A DNA stretch of 64,000 nucleotides. Origin: Octopus bimaculoides (Eukaryota). The stretch covers positions 120,718,117-120,782,116 of the forward strand of contig NC_068981.1 of assembly GCF_001194135.2 (NCBI RefSeq). Direction: 5' to 3'. This document shows, one piece after another, positions 38,040 to 50,556 of the stretch (position 1 is the stretch's first letter; the number at the start of each line of letters is the position of its first letter). The notes under the pieces were generated by a model, which saw only the letters and a program-made list of their open reading frames with translations, was not told the origin of the DNA and searched no databases. The position numbers were made by a program, and so were the translations under genes.

Positions 38040-40050
38040 AACAGAGGCAATGAGGATTTAAACAACTCATGAGGAATTGATAAACTCTATGAGGAATTGA
38101 TAACTCACGAGAAGTTAACAAACTCACAAAGTTTTGTTGTGTGAATTTTATGAAAAAAATTGTAAAAATTATGGAAAATTTGTTGGCTGGTTTGCTTGAG
38201 TTGCAAACAGAGCAACAACAACAATTACTATTATAGCAACAAATGCTGCAATTAAGTCATCAGGAAATTCATAAAAAGTGTTCTTGCCAGAAAAAAAGTG
38301 TTCTTGCGAACTCCATAAGAGTTCAAATACGAACCTGACGAAGGAATTACCTTCAAAGTGTACTACAGAAGATATATGAGCAAATCTTCAAGTATGTAAA
38401 AATTGGGATGACGCAATGAAAATGCACTTAAGATTGAGAAAACTGGAGGCAACAGAACATGAATGATACAGTAATTATGCACTCCCAAGAAAACCTTTGG
38501 ACATTAACTGTAATGGCACAATATATTGTGCAAAATTTTCAGTCAAAAAAGCTTATCGTTCAACACATATTGAAGTGTCTGAACATAGAGAAAAACGACT
38601 AGGACTACGTTACATGATGGTAGAGTAAAGAGGGAATGTGAGAAGTTTAAGCTGGACAAATTAATACCAGATATGTTCAAATGTCTGATTTTTATACATG
38701 GACTTACTACCAAAAAGGACGCAGAAGTTAGAGCTAGAATAATCATGAAGCCAGAACAAAACCAGGATGTAACCCTACAGCAAGTGTCAGAAGAACATGA
38801 AAAGATAGTCAAATTAAGACACTACACAGAGGAAATTGAACATAAAGATTGTTTCCAAGTAAAGCAAGTGTGAAATAGTCAGAATAGAGATAAAGTGTTT
38901 TGTAAAATACACAACAAAAATCAGGAAATAAACCCATGTTTTGCATGTGGAGGTATACACCTGAGGAAAAAATTTGTCCATTTAAAACAGCGGAGTGCTT
39001 TCATTGAGGAAATGTAGGACATATAAAGACGTGCTGTAGAATGAAGATGACAAAACGTCAGAACAAAGGAAAAAGAATAAATAGTATGTCATTGGAAGAA
39101 ATTGGTAATATAATGATGAGAAAATTCGTGAAGGTGAAAATCAGAAATACAAGTGTTAGAATGCAATTGGACATGGGTAGTGATATTACCATTATAAACA
39201 AAAAAAAAACGTGGAAATATGTTGTAAGCCGAAATTAATTAAATCTAAAAAGGTAGCACATGGTGTGATGGGAAAAAGTTTATATTTTTTCAGTGAGTTT
39301 GCATGTAATGTAACATTACAAAGTCAAATGGAAAAGGCAAAGCTATGTGTTAAAAAGTTCACTTAATTTATTTGGCACACAGTAGATGGACCTATTCAAA
39401 GTTTGGAATACACCCATAGCACACCCAGTTGAAGGTTCAAATGCAGCTGAGGGACTGAAATAAAAAAACTGTAGTAAAACGGAGTGGAACACCTGTATAT
39501 AAGCCAAAACCAAATGAAAAATTGCCCACGATAAAAAGTAAGCATTGTTCAAAAGTAGATGTTCCTTAGTCAAGGCTACACATCGGTTTCTCTGGTCCTT
39601 TAAATGGTTATTATTACTTAGTGGTAGTTGATAGTTTTTTTAAAATGGCCTGGAATTGGCAAATGTAAAAAACCAACCTCCTCAACTGTGAAAAATTTTT
39701 TATATGAATTTTTGCAAGGTTTGGCATCTCAGACAAGATAGTGTCTGACAATGGAATGCAATTTATGTCTAGCAAATTTTTAAAAATTTGTGAAACATTC
39801 AAGGTAGAACATATAACTATGGCACCATACCATCCCAAATCTAATGGACAGGCAAAATGCTTTGTCGATACCTTCAAAAGAACCCTTAGAAAATTGAATA
39901 AGGAAGTCAAGGATGAGGTAGCTCTACAACAATTTTCAAGCGTGTACTGTGTGACACAAATCCAAATGCACCAGCAGATAGCTCACCAGCAGAGCTGATG
40001 TTTGCAAGGAAAGTAAAATCAGTCTTTGATAAACCCCTACCTGGCAAGTA
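38040..40050 (+). mobile_element. Gypsy LTR retrotransposon remnant (gag, protease, integrase; RT/RNase H deleted)
   Basis: Gag-like GLTTKKDAEVRARII...VTLQQVSEE; protease MQLDMGSDITII (DTGS-type); integrase SRLHIGFSGPLNGYYYLVVVDSF and SDNGMQF...APYHPKSNGQA..FVDTFKR. Many stops and frameshifts. Confidence 0.9.
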
Positions 40051-40051
40051 C

Positions 40052-40270
40052 AATGGCTAACTTTTGGATAGATACTTCTCCTGCAGCTTTGTCACTGGGA
40101 AGGTGGCATCTGTGGTATTCTTCCCAGGCATAAAACCAAATTGCACCTCATCTAGTTTAATTCTCTCTGTAACTTTCATGACCTGTTCCAGTACTTTGGT
40201 ACTTCTGTAGTTGTTTCTGCCTAAGGCATCACCTTTACCCTTGTAGTAACTAACTATAATACTACTATAC
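40052..40270 (-). mobile_element. RTE-clade LINE RT fragment
   Basis: YKGKGDALGRNNYR...KVLEQVMKV...QFGFMPGKNTTDATF...LQEKY corresponds to RTE RT motifs 1-2. Confidence 0.85.
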
Positions 40271-40304
40271 ACACACACACTCTCTCTCTCTCTCTCTCTC
40301 TCTC

Positions 40305-41465
40305 TCAGTAAATAGACACTCTTATAATCATTAAAATTTATTTAAATCTGAAATTATAAATTCAAATTATTTATTAATTGTTATAATGTGAATATTTAAT
40401 ATTTAGTAAACATACTCTTTGCATTTTTCAATGCAAGTACCCTATTAGGCATATTATTGATCAGATGATGAATATCCTCTTGTGGAATTTGTTGCCAAGT
40501 TTCATGCAGTAATCTCAAAAGATCTGACTTTGGAGATGCTTTCTTGTTCTTTTTATGAAGTATCCAGTCTATTATATCCCAAAGGTGTTCAATAGGGTTC
40601 ATATGTGGTGACTGGCTTGGCCATGGAAGTTTTTTAATGTCATTCTCATCCAACAAATCTTGGATCATTTTAGCCATGTGACAAGCCCCATCTTCCATAA
40701 GTAGTCTTCTTTAATCATTTTATTACTGGACACATATTTTATCTGAGTTTGTTTCTCTCACACTCCACCAGCTTTGATCAACCATTGCTCCAAATTGCTC
40801 CCCACACCATTACAGAACAGCTACTGTTTCATTGTTGGCTGCAATCTTTTCACATCAAATTCTTGATCACAGAGTCTCCAGACTCACACTTGGTCACTAT
40901 CAGGAAATACAACAAATCTGGACTCATAAGAAAATATGACAGTGTCCCAAAATGCTAGTGGCCTCTCCACCATCTCACTGGCCCAATCTTTTCTCTGCTT
41001 GATGTTGGCTAGTTGAAAAAGTGGCTTCCTTCTTGCTGCTCTGCCATAGTAACCAAGTTTGTGGAGATACCTCACAGCTGTTCTGGGACTGACATCAACT
41101 TTTTCTGCTATGTCAGAGGCCTTGCAATGAGGATTATCCTTCACACTTAGCAAAGAGAAGGGTCCTGTCAGAGGGCCCTGGTTGATTTCGGTAAGGTGAT
41201 GTGGACTCCTTGCCCTCTCTGGTGAATTGCACAATCACTCTATTAATTGTAGAAAGTGGTATCCCAAGGTTTTCTGCGATTTTACACTGACTGTCCACCT
41301 TCAGAATGACCTACAATATGGTCTCTTTGAAATTCAGACAGTTCTAAGGCTTTTTTTTTCACATGGCATAATTAAACAGTCACATATAGAACATAAAAAT
41401 GTCAATTAATGAAAAATATAAACCTTTACAAGTTAGAATAAACACAAAACATTTTACGGGTGTAT
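40305..41465 (-). mobile_element. Decayed Tc1-family transposon
   Basis: ARRKPL...W..VIFSYESRF (first D region) and WPSQSPHMNPIEHLW...W.QIPQE...LINNMPNRV..LKNAKSMFTKY (Tc1 C-terminus). Only one end resembles a TIR. Confidence 0.88.
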
Positions 41466-41759
41466 ATTTCCTTCTGTCATGTCTATGTGTATATATTTAC
41501 TATTCTTAAACAAGAATGTTGTTAAAAGTGACATCATAGTTTCACTCAGCTAAGCCATCATCAGACTGCAGTCCGATGATAGCTGAACTGGCCAAAACTT
41601 CAAAGTCACTGTAAACTATATTCCTGTTCAAGAATAAGAAATTTGTACTCTATAAAAATAACTCATCAGATTAATGTAAAATTGTTTTTAATATCATTGA
41701 ACATAAAAACAAACAAAATACACACACACACACACACAATGTATATATTTGTATATGAT

Positions 41760-41818
<59 letters not shown>

Positions 41819-41854
41819 GACAATGATGTATATATTTGTATATGATATTTATAC

Positions 41855-41907
<53 letters not shown>

Positions 41908-41913
<6 letters not shown>

Positions 41914-42122
41914 TGTGTTGTAAAGTTCCTGGATTTAAGGGTATTGTGAAAGGCCTGGTAGAAGGCCCAACCTTCTGAGTTCTATTACAAGGCTTAGAGA
42001 AACTGAAGTATTGTTGCAAGAAATATGTGAATCTGAGAAGGGAATTATGTTGAATAAAATCACAATTAACTGATCCTCCTGTATTTTCTTTTACCCAAAG
42101 TCAGGATCTTTTCAGCACCCAC
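41908..42122 (+). mobile_element. mariner-derived MITE (irritans-like ends)
   Basis: Degenerate TIRs: gagggtgtgttgtaaagttcctggattt versus the reverse complement gtgggtgctgaaaagatcctgacttt. The interior GLEKLKYCCKKYVNL resembles the mariner C-terminus. Confidence 0.55.
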
Positions 42123-43321
42123 TATATGTGTGTGTATGTATATATATATATGTCTATTTGTTTGTGTGTGTGTGTGTGTGCTTTTGTATACCCTTGTCTT
42201 GATGTTGTGATGATTGTAAATGAGCATCACCATCATACAAGTGATGTTTCATTCTAGTTTTCTACGAAAAACGTGTATGGCTAGGCTAAAATATTGCCTT
42301 GCTTGAAAACAGGTGAGGGTTTGGTGGCAGGAAGAGCATCCATCCATAGAAAATGTGCTTGTGACAAATTCTGTCTGATCCATGCTGGCATGGGAAAGTG
42401 GACGTTTAGATGATGCGGATGATGCATACTCCACCCCGAAACTTGGTATCTGTACAAATATCTGTCACTACAGATCTGCCTACATAGAGACAGGGGGAGA
42501 GAGGGGGAGACAAGTAAAAGAAGTGAGACAAAGAGGAGGGGATAAAAGGTATGGTGAAGTGAAGAGGGGGGGATAGGGAGATAGAGGGACAGAGAGAGAG
42601 GGACAGAAAGGGAGTCGGATAGGGAGTGAGAGAGAAAGGGAGTGGGAGAGTGAGAGAGAGAAGACTAAAGAAGTGATACAGAGGAGGGGATAGAAAGTAT
42701 GGTGTAGTAAAGCAGTAGAGAGAGAGAGAGATAGAGAGAGAGTGAGGTTAGAGGGAGAATTGAAATAGAAGAAATGAGAAACAGAGACAAGGAGGAAGGG
42801 CAGTTGATATAATGAAAGAGATAGTAAGGAAGATAGTGAGAGAGGTGGAGAGACAGACCAGCAGTTAAACTAAGAGAGCTAGACAAATAAATAGATAAAA
42901 TAGATGGATAGAAAGATAGATAAATAGAGAGATAGAGTGACATGGAGAGAAATAGATTATTGGGCAGTGACAGAGATAGAGAGCATGGCTAATTTCCTAC
43001 ACAACCAATCATCAAAAACTGGACACCTTAAGAACTCTGCATCCCCGCAACATTCTTTACTTTACACACTTCCACTGGAAATCTTCCAGAAACTCTGAAA
43101 GTCACAAGATCTCCACACATGATCAATATAGTTTTATCAATAACAATGATTATTTTGAATGCTGTCTTACTTCACTCTGTTTACCATATACGCACTTGCA
43201 AGTCATATAACGTATGTATGCATACATTATAGGGACATATACATACATGCATACATACATATATATACATATATATATGTATATATAATTATGTATTTAT
43301 GTATACATATGTATGTGTGTG

Positions 43322-43357
<36 letters not shown>

Positions 43358-43374
43358 CGAATGTGTATATCATC

Positions 43375-43688
43375 ATCATCATCATCATCATCATCATCGT
43401 TTAACGTCTGCCTTCCATGCTAGCATGGGTTGGACGATTTGACTGAGGACTGGTGAAACCGGATGGCAACACCAGGCTCCAATCTAATTTGGCAGAGTTT
43501 TTACAGCTGGATGCCCTTCCTAACGCCAACCACTCAGAGTGTAGTGGGTGCTTTTACGTGTCACCCACACGAAAACGGCCACGCTTGAAATGGTGTCTTT
43601 TATGTGCCACCCGCACAAGAGCCAGTCCAGGGGCACTGGCAACAATCTCGCTCGAAAACCCTACAAAGGCCAGTCAGGCGGTATATAT
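43375..43688 (-). mobile_element. Young family-3 SINE-like copy
   Basis: (CAT)n tail on the + strand. Highly similar to 52025-52386, CpG-rich. Confidence 0.8.
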
Positions 43689-44100
43689 NNNNNNNNNNNN
43701 NNNNNNNNNNNNNNNNNNNNNNNNNNNNNNNNNNNNNNNNNNNNNNNNNNNNNNNNNNNNNNNNNNNNNNNNNNNNNNNNNNNNNNNNNNNNNNNNNNNN
43801 NNNNNNNNNNNNNNNNNNNNNNNNNNNNNNNNNNNNNNNNNNNNNNNNNNNNNNNNNNNNNNNNNNNNNNNNNNNNNNNNNNNNNNNNNNNNNNNNNNNN
43901 NNNNNNNNNNNNNNNNNNNNNNNNNNNNNNNNNNNNNNNNNNNNNNNNNNNNNNNNNNNNNNNNNNNNNNNNNNNNNNNNNNNNNNNNNNNNNNNNNNNN
44001 NNNNNNNNNNNNNNNNNNNNNNNNNNNNNNNNNNNNNNNNNNNNNNNNNNNNNNNNNNNNNNNNNNNNNNNNNNNNNNNNNNNNNNNNNNNNNNNNNNNN

Positions 44101-44275
44101 AAAAATAACAACAGACGAGGACAGGTGGTGTAAATAACAAAAGTATATATTAGTATGACGCTCGGGAATACGGAAAGTCTTTGACGTTTCGAGCTACGCT
44201 CTTCAACAGAAAGAATACGGAGACAAGGAGAAAAACACGGAGAAAAAAAATTGAATAGTGTTCAGTCAACGGTCA

Positions 44276-44314
<39 letters not shown>

Positions 44315-44355
44315 GTATATATAATCATGTATGTATATGTACTTATGTATATGTT

Positions 44356-44400
<45 letters not shown>

Positions 44401-44670
44401 ATATGTATATATGTATACGTGTATATGTATATGTATATATATATAGATAGATATATGTATATATATGTGTGTATATATATATGGGAGAGTTTACGAAAAA
44501 AACAACAGACGAGGACAGGTGGTGTAAACAACAAAAGGATGTATTAGTTTAATGCTTGGGAATAGAGAAAGTCTTTAACGTTTCAAGCTATGCTCTTCAA
44601 CAGAAAGAATACGGAGAAAACAAGGAGAAAAACACGGAGAAAAAAAATTGAATGTTTTGGTCAGCGATCT
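44101..44670 (-). repeat. Two diverged tandem copies (~170-bp unit plus microsatellite spacer, period 394 bp), each with a hammerhead-like motif
   Basis: acaacagacgaggacaggtggtgtaaa...gctcttcaacagaaagaatacggag...aaaaacacggagaaaaaaaattgaat occurs at ~44108 and ~44503. Confidence 0.85.
44178..44214 (-). ncRNA. Candidate minimal type I hammerhead ribozyme with atypical core (copy 1; copy 2 at 44572-44608)
   Basis: Minus-strand RNA UCUUU-CUG-UUGAAGA-GCGUAGCUC-GAAA-CGUC-AAAGA: 5-bp stem I, GAAA, palindromic ACGU stem III and a GUC cleavage triplet. Confidence 0.45.
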
Positions 44671-44711
44671 ATCATGGCGACTGCCGGACATATATGTATA
44701 TATATATGTAT

Positions 44712-44747
<36 letters not shown>

Positions 44748-44944
44748 GTATATATATATGTATATATATATATATGTGTGTATATATATGTGTATATATA
44801 TGTGTATATATATATATATATGTATATATATATGTATATATATATGTGTATATATATATATATGTGTATATATATATGTATATATATATGTATATAAATA
44901 TGTGTATATATATATGTGTGTATATATATATATATATGTATATA

Positions 44945-46029
44945 CAGGGTGCAATGGATAAATTGTGGCCATTTTATGTTTTTAGTTTTGCGCATACACA
45001 TTGTTCTTGAGTTTATCAACTACGCAGTATAGTAGGGTCAGTTGGGCACTGGCTGTGAGGAAAACAGCACCATGACACAATTCACTCTGCCAGAAATTTG
45101 GAAACGACATGCTGTTTGGGTGTTTGGGTGAGGGCAATGCAAAGAGTTGAATGAGTCTTATGGTAATTACAAAGGTATGGCAGCTCGGAAATCTCACTCT
45201 GATCGTTCTGATAAGAAAAGAACTCCTGAATTTGCTGGTGAGATTCAGGCCATGATTGACAACAATCTCTTCAAGTCAATCATGTCCATTGCTTATGGAG
45301 TGTCTGATTTTCTTATCAGGCAAACAGTGCATGAAAACATTCACTATACTTCATACAAGATGAGAATGGGTCAGTTTTTATCCCAAGCTATCAAGGACAA
45401 GAGGAATGAACATGTTACAAAGCTTTTGAACAAACTCAAGCATCTCCTCCAACTGAACATCCTTTGGTTTTTCTCAGATGAGAAAAATTTCAGCCAAGAT
45501 CAGATGGCTGAGAGTGATAAAAATCAAACATCCAGTCAAAATCATTGTGTTTGGAGTGTGATCACTAGTGATGGCACTGTTATGCCTCCATTCATCTTCC
45601 CACATGGCCTCAGACTCAACACAGAGCCTATATCAATTGCCTGGAAGAGGTAGTGCTGCCCTGGATCAAGAGGGTGGCTGCCTGAAGACCCTATGTCTGG
45701 CAACAGTACTCAGCATCATGCCACACAGGCAGGAGAACTCTGTCATGGGTGTCAGACAATTTCTGTGACCACATCACCCCAAACATCTGGCCATCTAAAT
45801 TCCTTGTAACACCAAAGTTGAACTGAAGGAAAGGATTATGGTAGCATTCACCAAACTTAAGGTGACCCTCCTGAAGCTAATGGTGATTGACAATTTTATT
45901 GAATAAATTTACTCTTTAGTATTTCAAGATATTTTTATGTAATTTTGGTAAATATATCTGTCAAAAAGAGATGTCAGTGTTTTTTTCATTTTTGTGTAAT
46001 TTAGGCGATAATTTATTCACTGCACCCTG
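44945..46029 (+). mobile_element. Decayed maT (DD37D-like) Tc1/mariner-superfamily transposon with both TIRs
   Basis: TA-CAGGGTGCAatggataaattgtggcc ... ggcgataatttattcacTGCACCCTG-TA. Transposase remnants WFFSDEKNF, VWSVITSDG, YVWQQYSASCH and IWPSKF. Confidence 0.85.
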
Positions 46030-46838
46030 TATATTATTTTATTCATTTATTCTTTTACCTGTTTCAATCATTAGACTGTGGCCCTGCAGGAGCACCACCT
46101 TGAAGAATTTTCATTTGAATGAATCAATCCCAGTACTTTTATGGATTTATTTACGTTTTTAAAGCTTGGTACTTATTTTATTTGGCTCTTTTGCTGAACC
46201 GGAGATGTAAACACACCAACACTGGTTGTCAAGCGGTGGTGGAGGACAAACACCCCCACATACACTCACCTATACATACATACATACACACATACATACA
46301 CACATACATGCATACATACATACATACATGATAGGTTTCTTTCAGTTTCTGTCTACTAAATCCACTCACAAGGCTTTGGTTGGCTCAAAGCTATAGAAGA
46401 TGACACTTGCCTAAGGTGCCACAAATTGGGATCGAACTCAGAACCTTGTAGTTGGGAAGCAAGCTTCTTTCCACACAGCCACTCCTGCACCTATGTATGT
46501 ATGTGTGTGTGTGTATGTGTTCTTTTATTCTCTTATTCTTTTATTTGTTTCAGTCATTTGACTGTGGCCATGCTGGTGTGCTGCCTTTAGTCAATCAAAT
46601 CGATCCCCAGGACTTCTTTGTAAGCCTAGTACTTATTCTATTGGTCACTTTTGCCGAACTGCTAAGTTACAAGGTTGTAAACACACCAACATTGGGCTTC
46701 TTTCTATTTCCATCTACTAAATCCACTCACAAGGCTTTAGTCGGTCTGAAGCCATAGTAGAAGACACTTGCCCAAGTGGGACTGAATCCGGAACCATGTG
46801 GTTGGGAAGCAGGCTTCTTACCACTCAGCCACTCCTGC

Positions 46839-46870
<32 letters not shown>

Positions 46871-47563
46871 ACATATATATATATATATATATGCAACATA
46901 TTCTTTTAATACTTTCAGTCGTTGGACCATGGCCATGCTGGAACCCTTCCTCCTAGGTTTTTTTATTTATCATATTAACACCATTATGTGTTCAAGTTTG
47001 ATAATTATTTTACTCATAACTATTTGTGGAACTGCTATGTTATGGGATACAAAAAGCAACAACATTGGTTTTTAATCAGTGGAGATACACACATGAACAT
47101 GTATACACACACGCACACACACACATGCACACAGGCACACATGCACACACATAAGAGGAATTGTTACTTATATGCAATTCTCTCTCTTTCTCTATCTATC
47201 TATTTCAGTAGCTTCTTATGGAAATTCATTTAGGCGTATAATCGGACATGTTCCACTATATTATCGCATGAATGAAGCTTATTCTTCCTACTTTCTAAAG
47301 AATGCAGTCTGCTAAATTGAAACTAAGTAAATAATTGTTATTTCTGTTACTTTATGAAGGGATTCCTTTAAATGCTAGGTATAATAATTATAATCTCTCT
47401 ATTGGCTGTTGTGCAAATATGACTTATCACATGAGTAATTTCCCTCTCTGCTTCTCTACCACTCCATATATGCCACTCTCCTTTAGTCGTAGTTATGAAT
47501 GTATTCTTTTATATGGTTCAGCCATTAGACTGTGGCTGAAACATATATGTATGTGTGTATATA

Positions 47564-48450
47564 CAGTGGGGGGAAATAATATTCGTACATGTCAAAATTC
47601 TTTATTTATTTAATTTCTAATGAACATAAATGGGATATACCGATACTATATTTGCATACACATATATAAACTAAGAATATGCAAAAGAAACTAATAAATT
47701 ATAGTAACTGATGAATTTATATACAATTATAAATATTTAGGGGTGAAAAAAGTATTCGTACAGAACATAAATAACTGATAATTCTGATTTAATACTTCGT
47801 AGCATAACCATTATTCAGCTCCACTTCAACCAATCTCTTCTTATGGTTCTTAATCAATGACTTGCATGTTTCTTTAGGAATTTTTTCCCATTCTTCTTGA
47901 CAAATTTTCTTCAATACTGGAATGCACATTGGGGCTCTTGAATGAATTTTAATTTTCAAATAACGCCACAAATTCTCAATGGCATTCAAGTCAGGTGACT
48001 GGCTTGGCCATTCTAATAATTTTATATTGTGATTGACAATCCATTTTTGGTAACTTCACCGTGTGCTTAGGGTCGTTATCCTGTTGTAAAACCCACTCTT
48101 CACAAAGCTGGAGCTTTTCTACAGAGTCTCATAAATTATTGTTCAAAATATTTTGGTACATCTCTGCATTCATTTTACCATCTATCACATGTAAATTGCC
48201 AGTGCCATTTGCAGAGAAACACCCCTACACAATGATGTTGCCACCTCCAAACTTTACAGTAGGAATTGTGTTTTTCGGCGAATAGGTAGTACCATCTTTC
48301 CTCCAAACATGGCTATGCGAATTTCGTCCAAACAATTCAGTTTTTGACTCGTCTGTCCAAAGAACATTTTCCCAGAATGTATCAGATTTATCTTTATGTT
48401 CAGAGTTTCACGTTCCCGTTCGTTGGAGAGTTTTGTTATGATGCAACAGG
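47564..48450 (-). mobile_element. Tc1-family transposon 3' half with IR/DR-type end
   Basis: TA-CAGTGGGGGGAAATAATATTCGTACA (47564-47589) has an inner direct repeat GGGGTGAAAAAAGTATTCGTACA (~47740-47762). ORF remnants NAIENLWRYLK...QEEWEKIP...NNGYATKY and FGQTSQKLNCL. Cut off by a SINE at ~48455. Confidence 0.85.
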
Positions 48451-49814
48451 CTCCCAATATTTAGTTGGTCCAAGTCCATAGTAGAAGACACTTGCCCAAG
48501 GTGCCACACAATGGGAATGAACATGGAACCATGTGGTTTTTACCACACTTTTTTACAAAACAATCATGCTAGTGCCTATAGTATGTATAGTTATTTTTTT
48601 AGGCATAACCTAAATTTAGATACTGGTACCTAAATCTAGAGCTATGTCTAAGAAATTAACTATACATATAATATCAAAATTTAATTAGAATTTGCAACAG
48701 GTTTTATGAATTCCATCCATCCTCTTATAATCTTTAGAAGCTTAGCTAATAATATTAGTAAGGCATATTCAGCTTATCTTTTGATGAAGCTTTAACAATA
48801 CTGCTTGTTATTACAATCGTGCATTGAAAGATAGTAGCTTCAAAGATACTAAAACTCAACAATGCAAAAGTAGGAAATGAAAGGAAATATTATATGATAT
48901 ATTCATCTATGTAACTCTAGCATGGGTCTGATGTCAGGTATTTCCAAAACCATATAAATAAGTATTTCCCTCTTGACCATAGATATAAAATATTTAATAG
49001 AGAAAATGCTCTTGTAGACTGTAGTTGCAGACAAAATTTGACTGCTTCCTTAGTCAGTATAAACAAAAAGGGAAATGGGAAACTCTTCTCCTGTAATTTC
49101 AACAACCCAAATATCTACCCTGTTAATGTCATGCGTCATTCTAACGTATTAGTTTATTAAGCTAGGGCCTCATTTATAATGAAACAAAATTAAAACTATT
49201 GGAGTTACTGAAAACCCCTTTAATAAAGATTCTCACAACATATATACAGATTCAAACATTTTAAAGATGTATCACCCTCACACTATCCAAATATATTTGA
49301 AATTTAGAGGACGATAGTGTTAATTAACAATTACAAAATTGATTGACCCATGATACAGCATGGATCTTCCAGCAGGTGTGATCTTTGTTCTTTAGACTGA
49401 AAGGTTGGAATTGGTGAATTCTTACATCAATATTTTTTAGAAACCATTGAGGAATTTCCAAATAGTTTAGTTCCTAGTAAAATGGGTTTGCCATGTTTTG
49501 AAAGATAGCTACATACTGAAACAAATAGCCATCTTCCTTGCTGTTGTGTGTTTTACATACTGAAGACATGAAAATGTCTCTGTTCTGTTTATGAAAATTG
49601 AATAAAGAAAAATGATTGGCACATTTTCTAGGTTTTTTGTTTTAGGTTGGAGTTGAAAACAATCAAATCTTTGTGACTATTAATTTTTCTATGTGATTAT
49701 GAATATTTTTGTTTATATATTTGTCACATTGTTACTCTTTTTCTATAATTTAAATAATTATTCAGCAAGTATCTTAGAGAAATGATTCCAGAACTATTTT
49801 TGTAACAGCAGTGG

Positions 49815-50020
49815 CTTCTAATTTAGGTACCAGGTCTGTAATTTTGTGGTGAGGGAATTAATTAGTATCATCATCCCCTGTACTTGACTGGTACACCATT
49901 AACCTTGAAAGGATGAAAGGCAAAGTTGATCTTAGTGATATTTGAACTCAGAACAATATGAGCCAGAAGAAATACCATAAGGCAATTATTCTGATGCTTC
50001 GACAGTTCTGCCAACTTCCT
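49815..50020 (-). mobile_element. Family-2 SINE (other copies at 12990-13160 +, 58105-58318 +, 59190-59400 -)
   Basis: Shared gaaaggatgaaaggcaaagt...tttgaactcagaa blocks. Confidence 0.7.
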
Positions 50021-50066
50021 GTTTTACTACTACTACTACTACTACTACTGCTGCTGCTGTTTCTAC

Positions 50067-50153
<87 letters not shown>

Positions 50154-50479
50154 TAATGTTGTATGCACTAAAACTAGTAGATATGCATAAATACACTTAG
50201 ACCTATACTCTCTATATATTCTCTGTCTGTGTATGTGTGTGTGTGATGGTAGGTGTATACACACGCACTTACAAATATACTTGCTCCTTCATTTCTAGTA
50301 GAATTGTTAATCTCTTTATTATCAAACATCAGCTGAAGCAAATAAACTTCCGCACCATTTTATGTTCCCCAAACCCCAAAACTGTTTTAAACGATATTCT
50401 ATCTATATCCCAGATGACTGTGTTGTGCTGAAATTTTAGTCACGTAGATCTTCATAGGGAATATATAATAGCAGAACTA

Positions 50480-50556
<77 letters not shown>

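Noticed and set aside
38325-38346. CUGACGA...stem...CAAA hammerhead-like string
   Set aside because: It lacks GAAA and stems I/III, and lies in Gypsy gag coding sequence.
44251-45019. YI/IY/CV-rich ORFs
   Set aside because: They are translations of TA/TG microsatellite.
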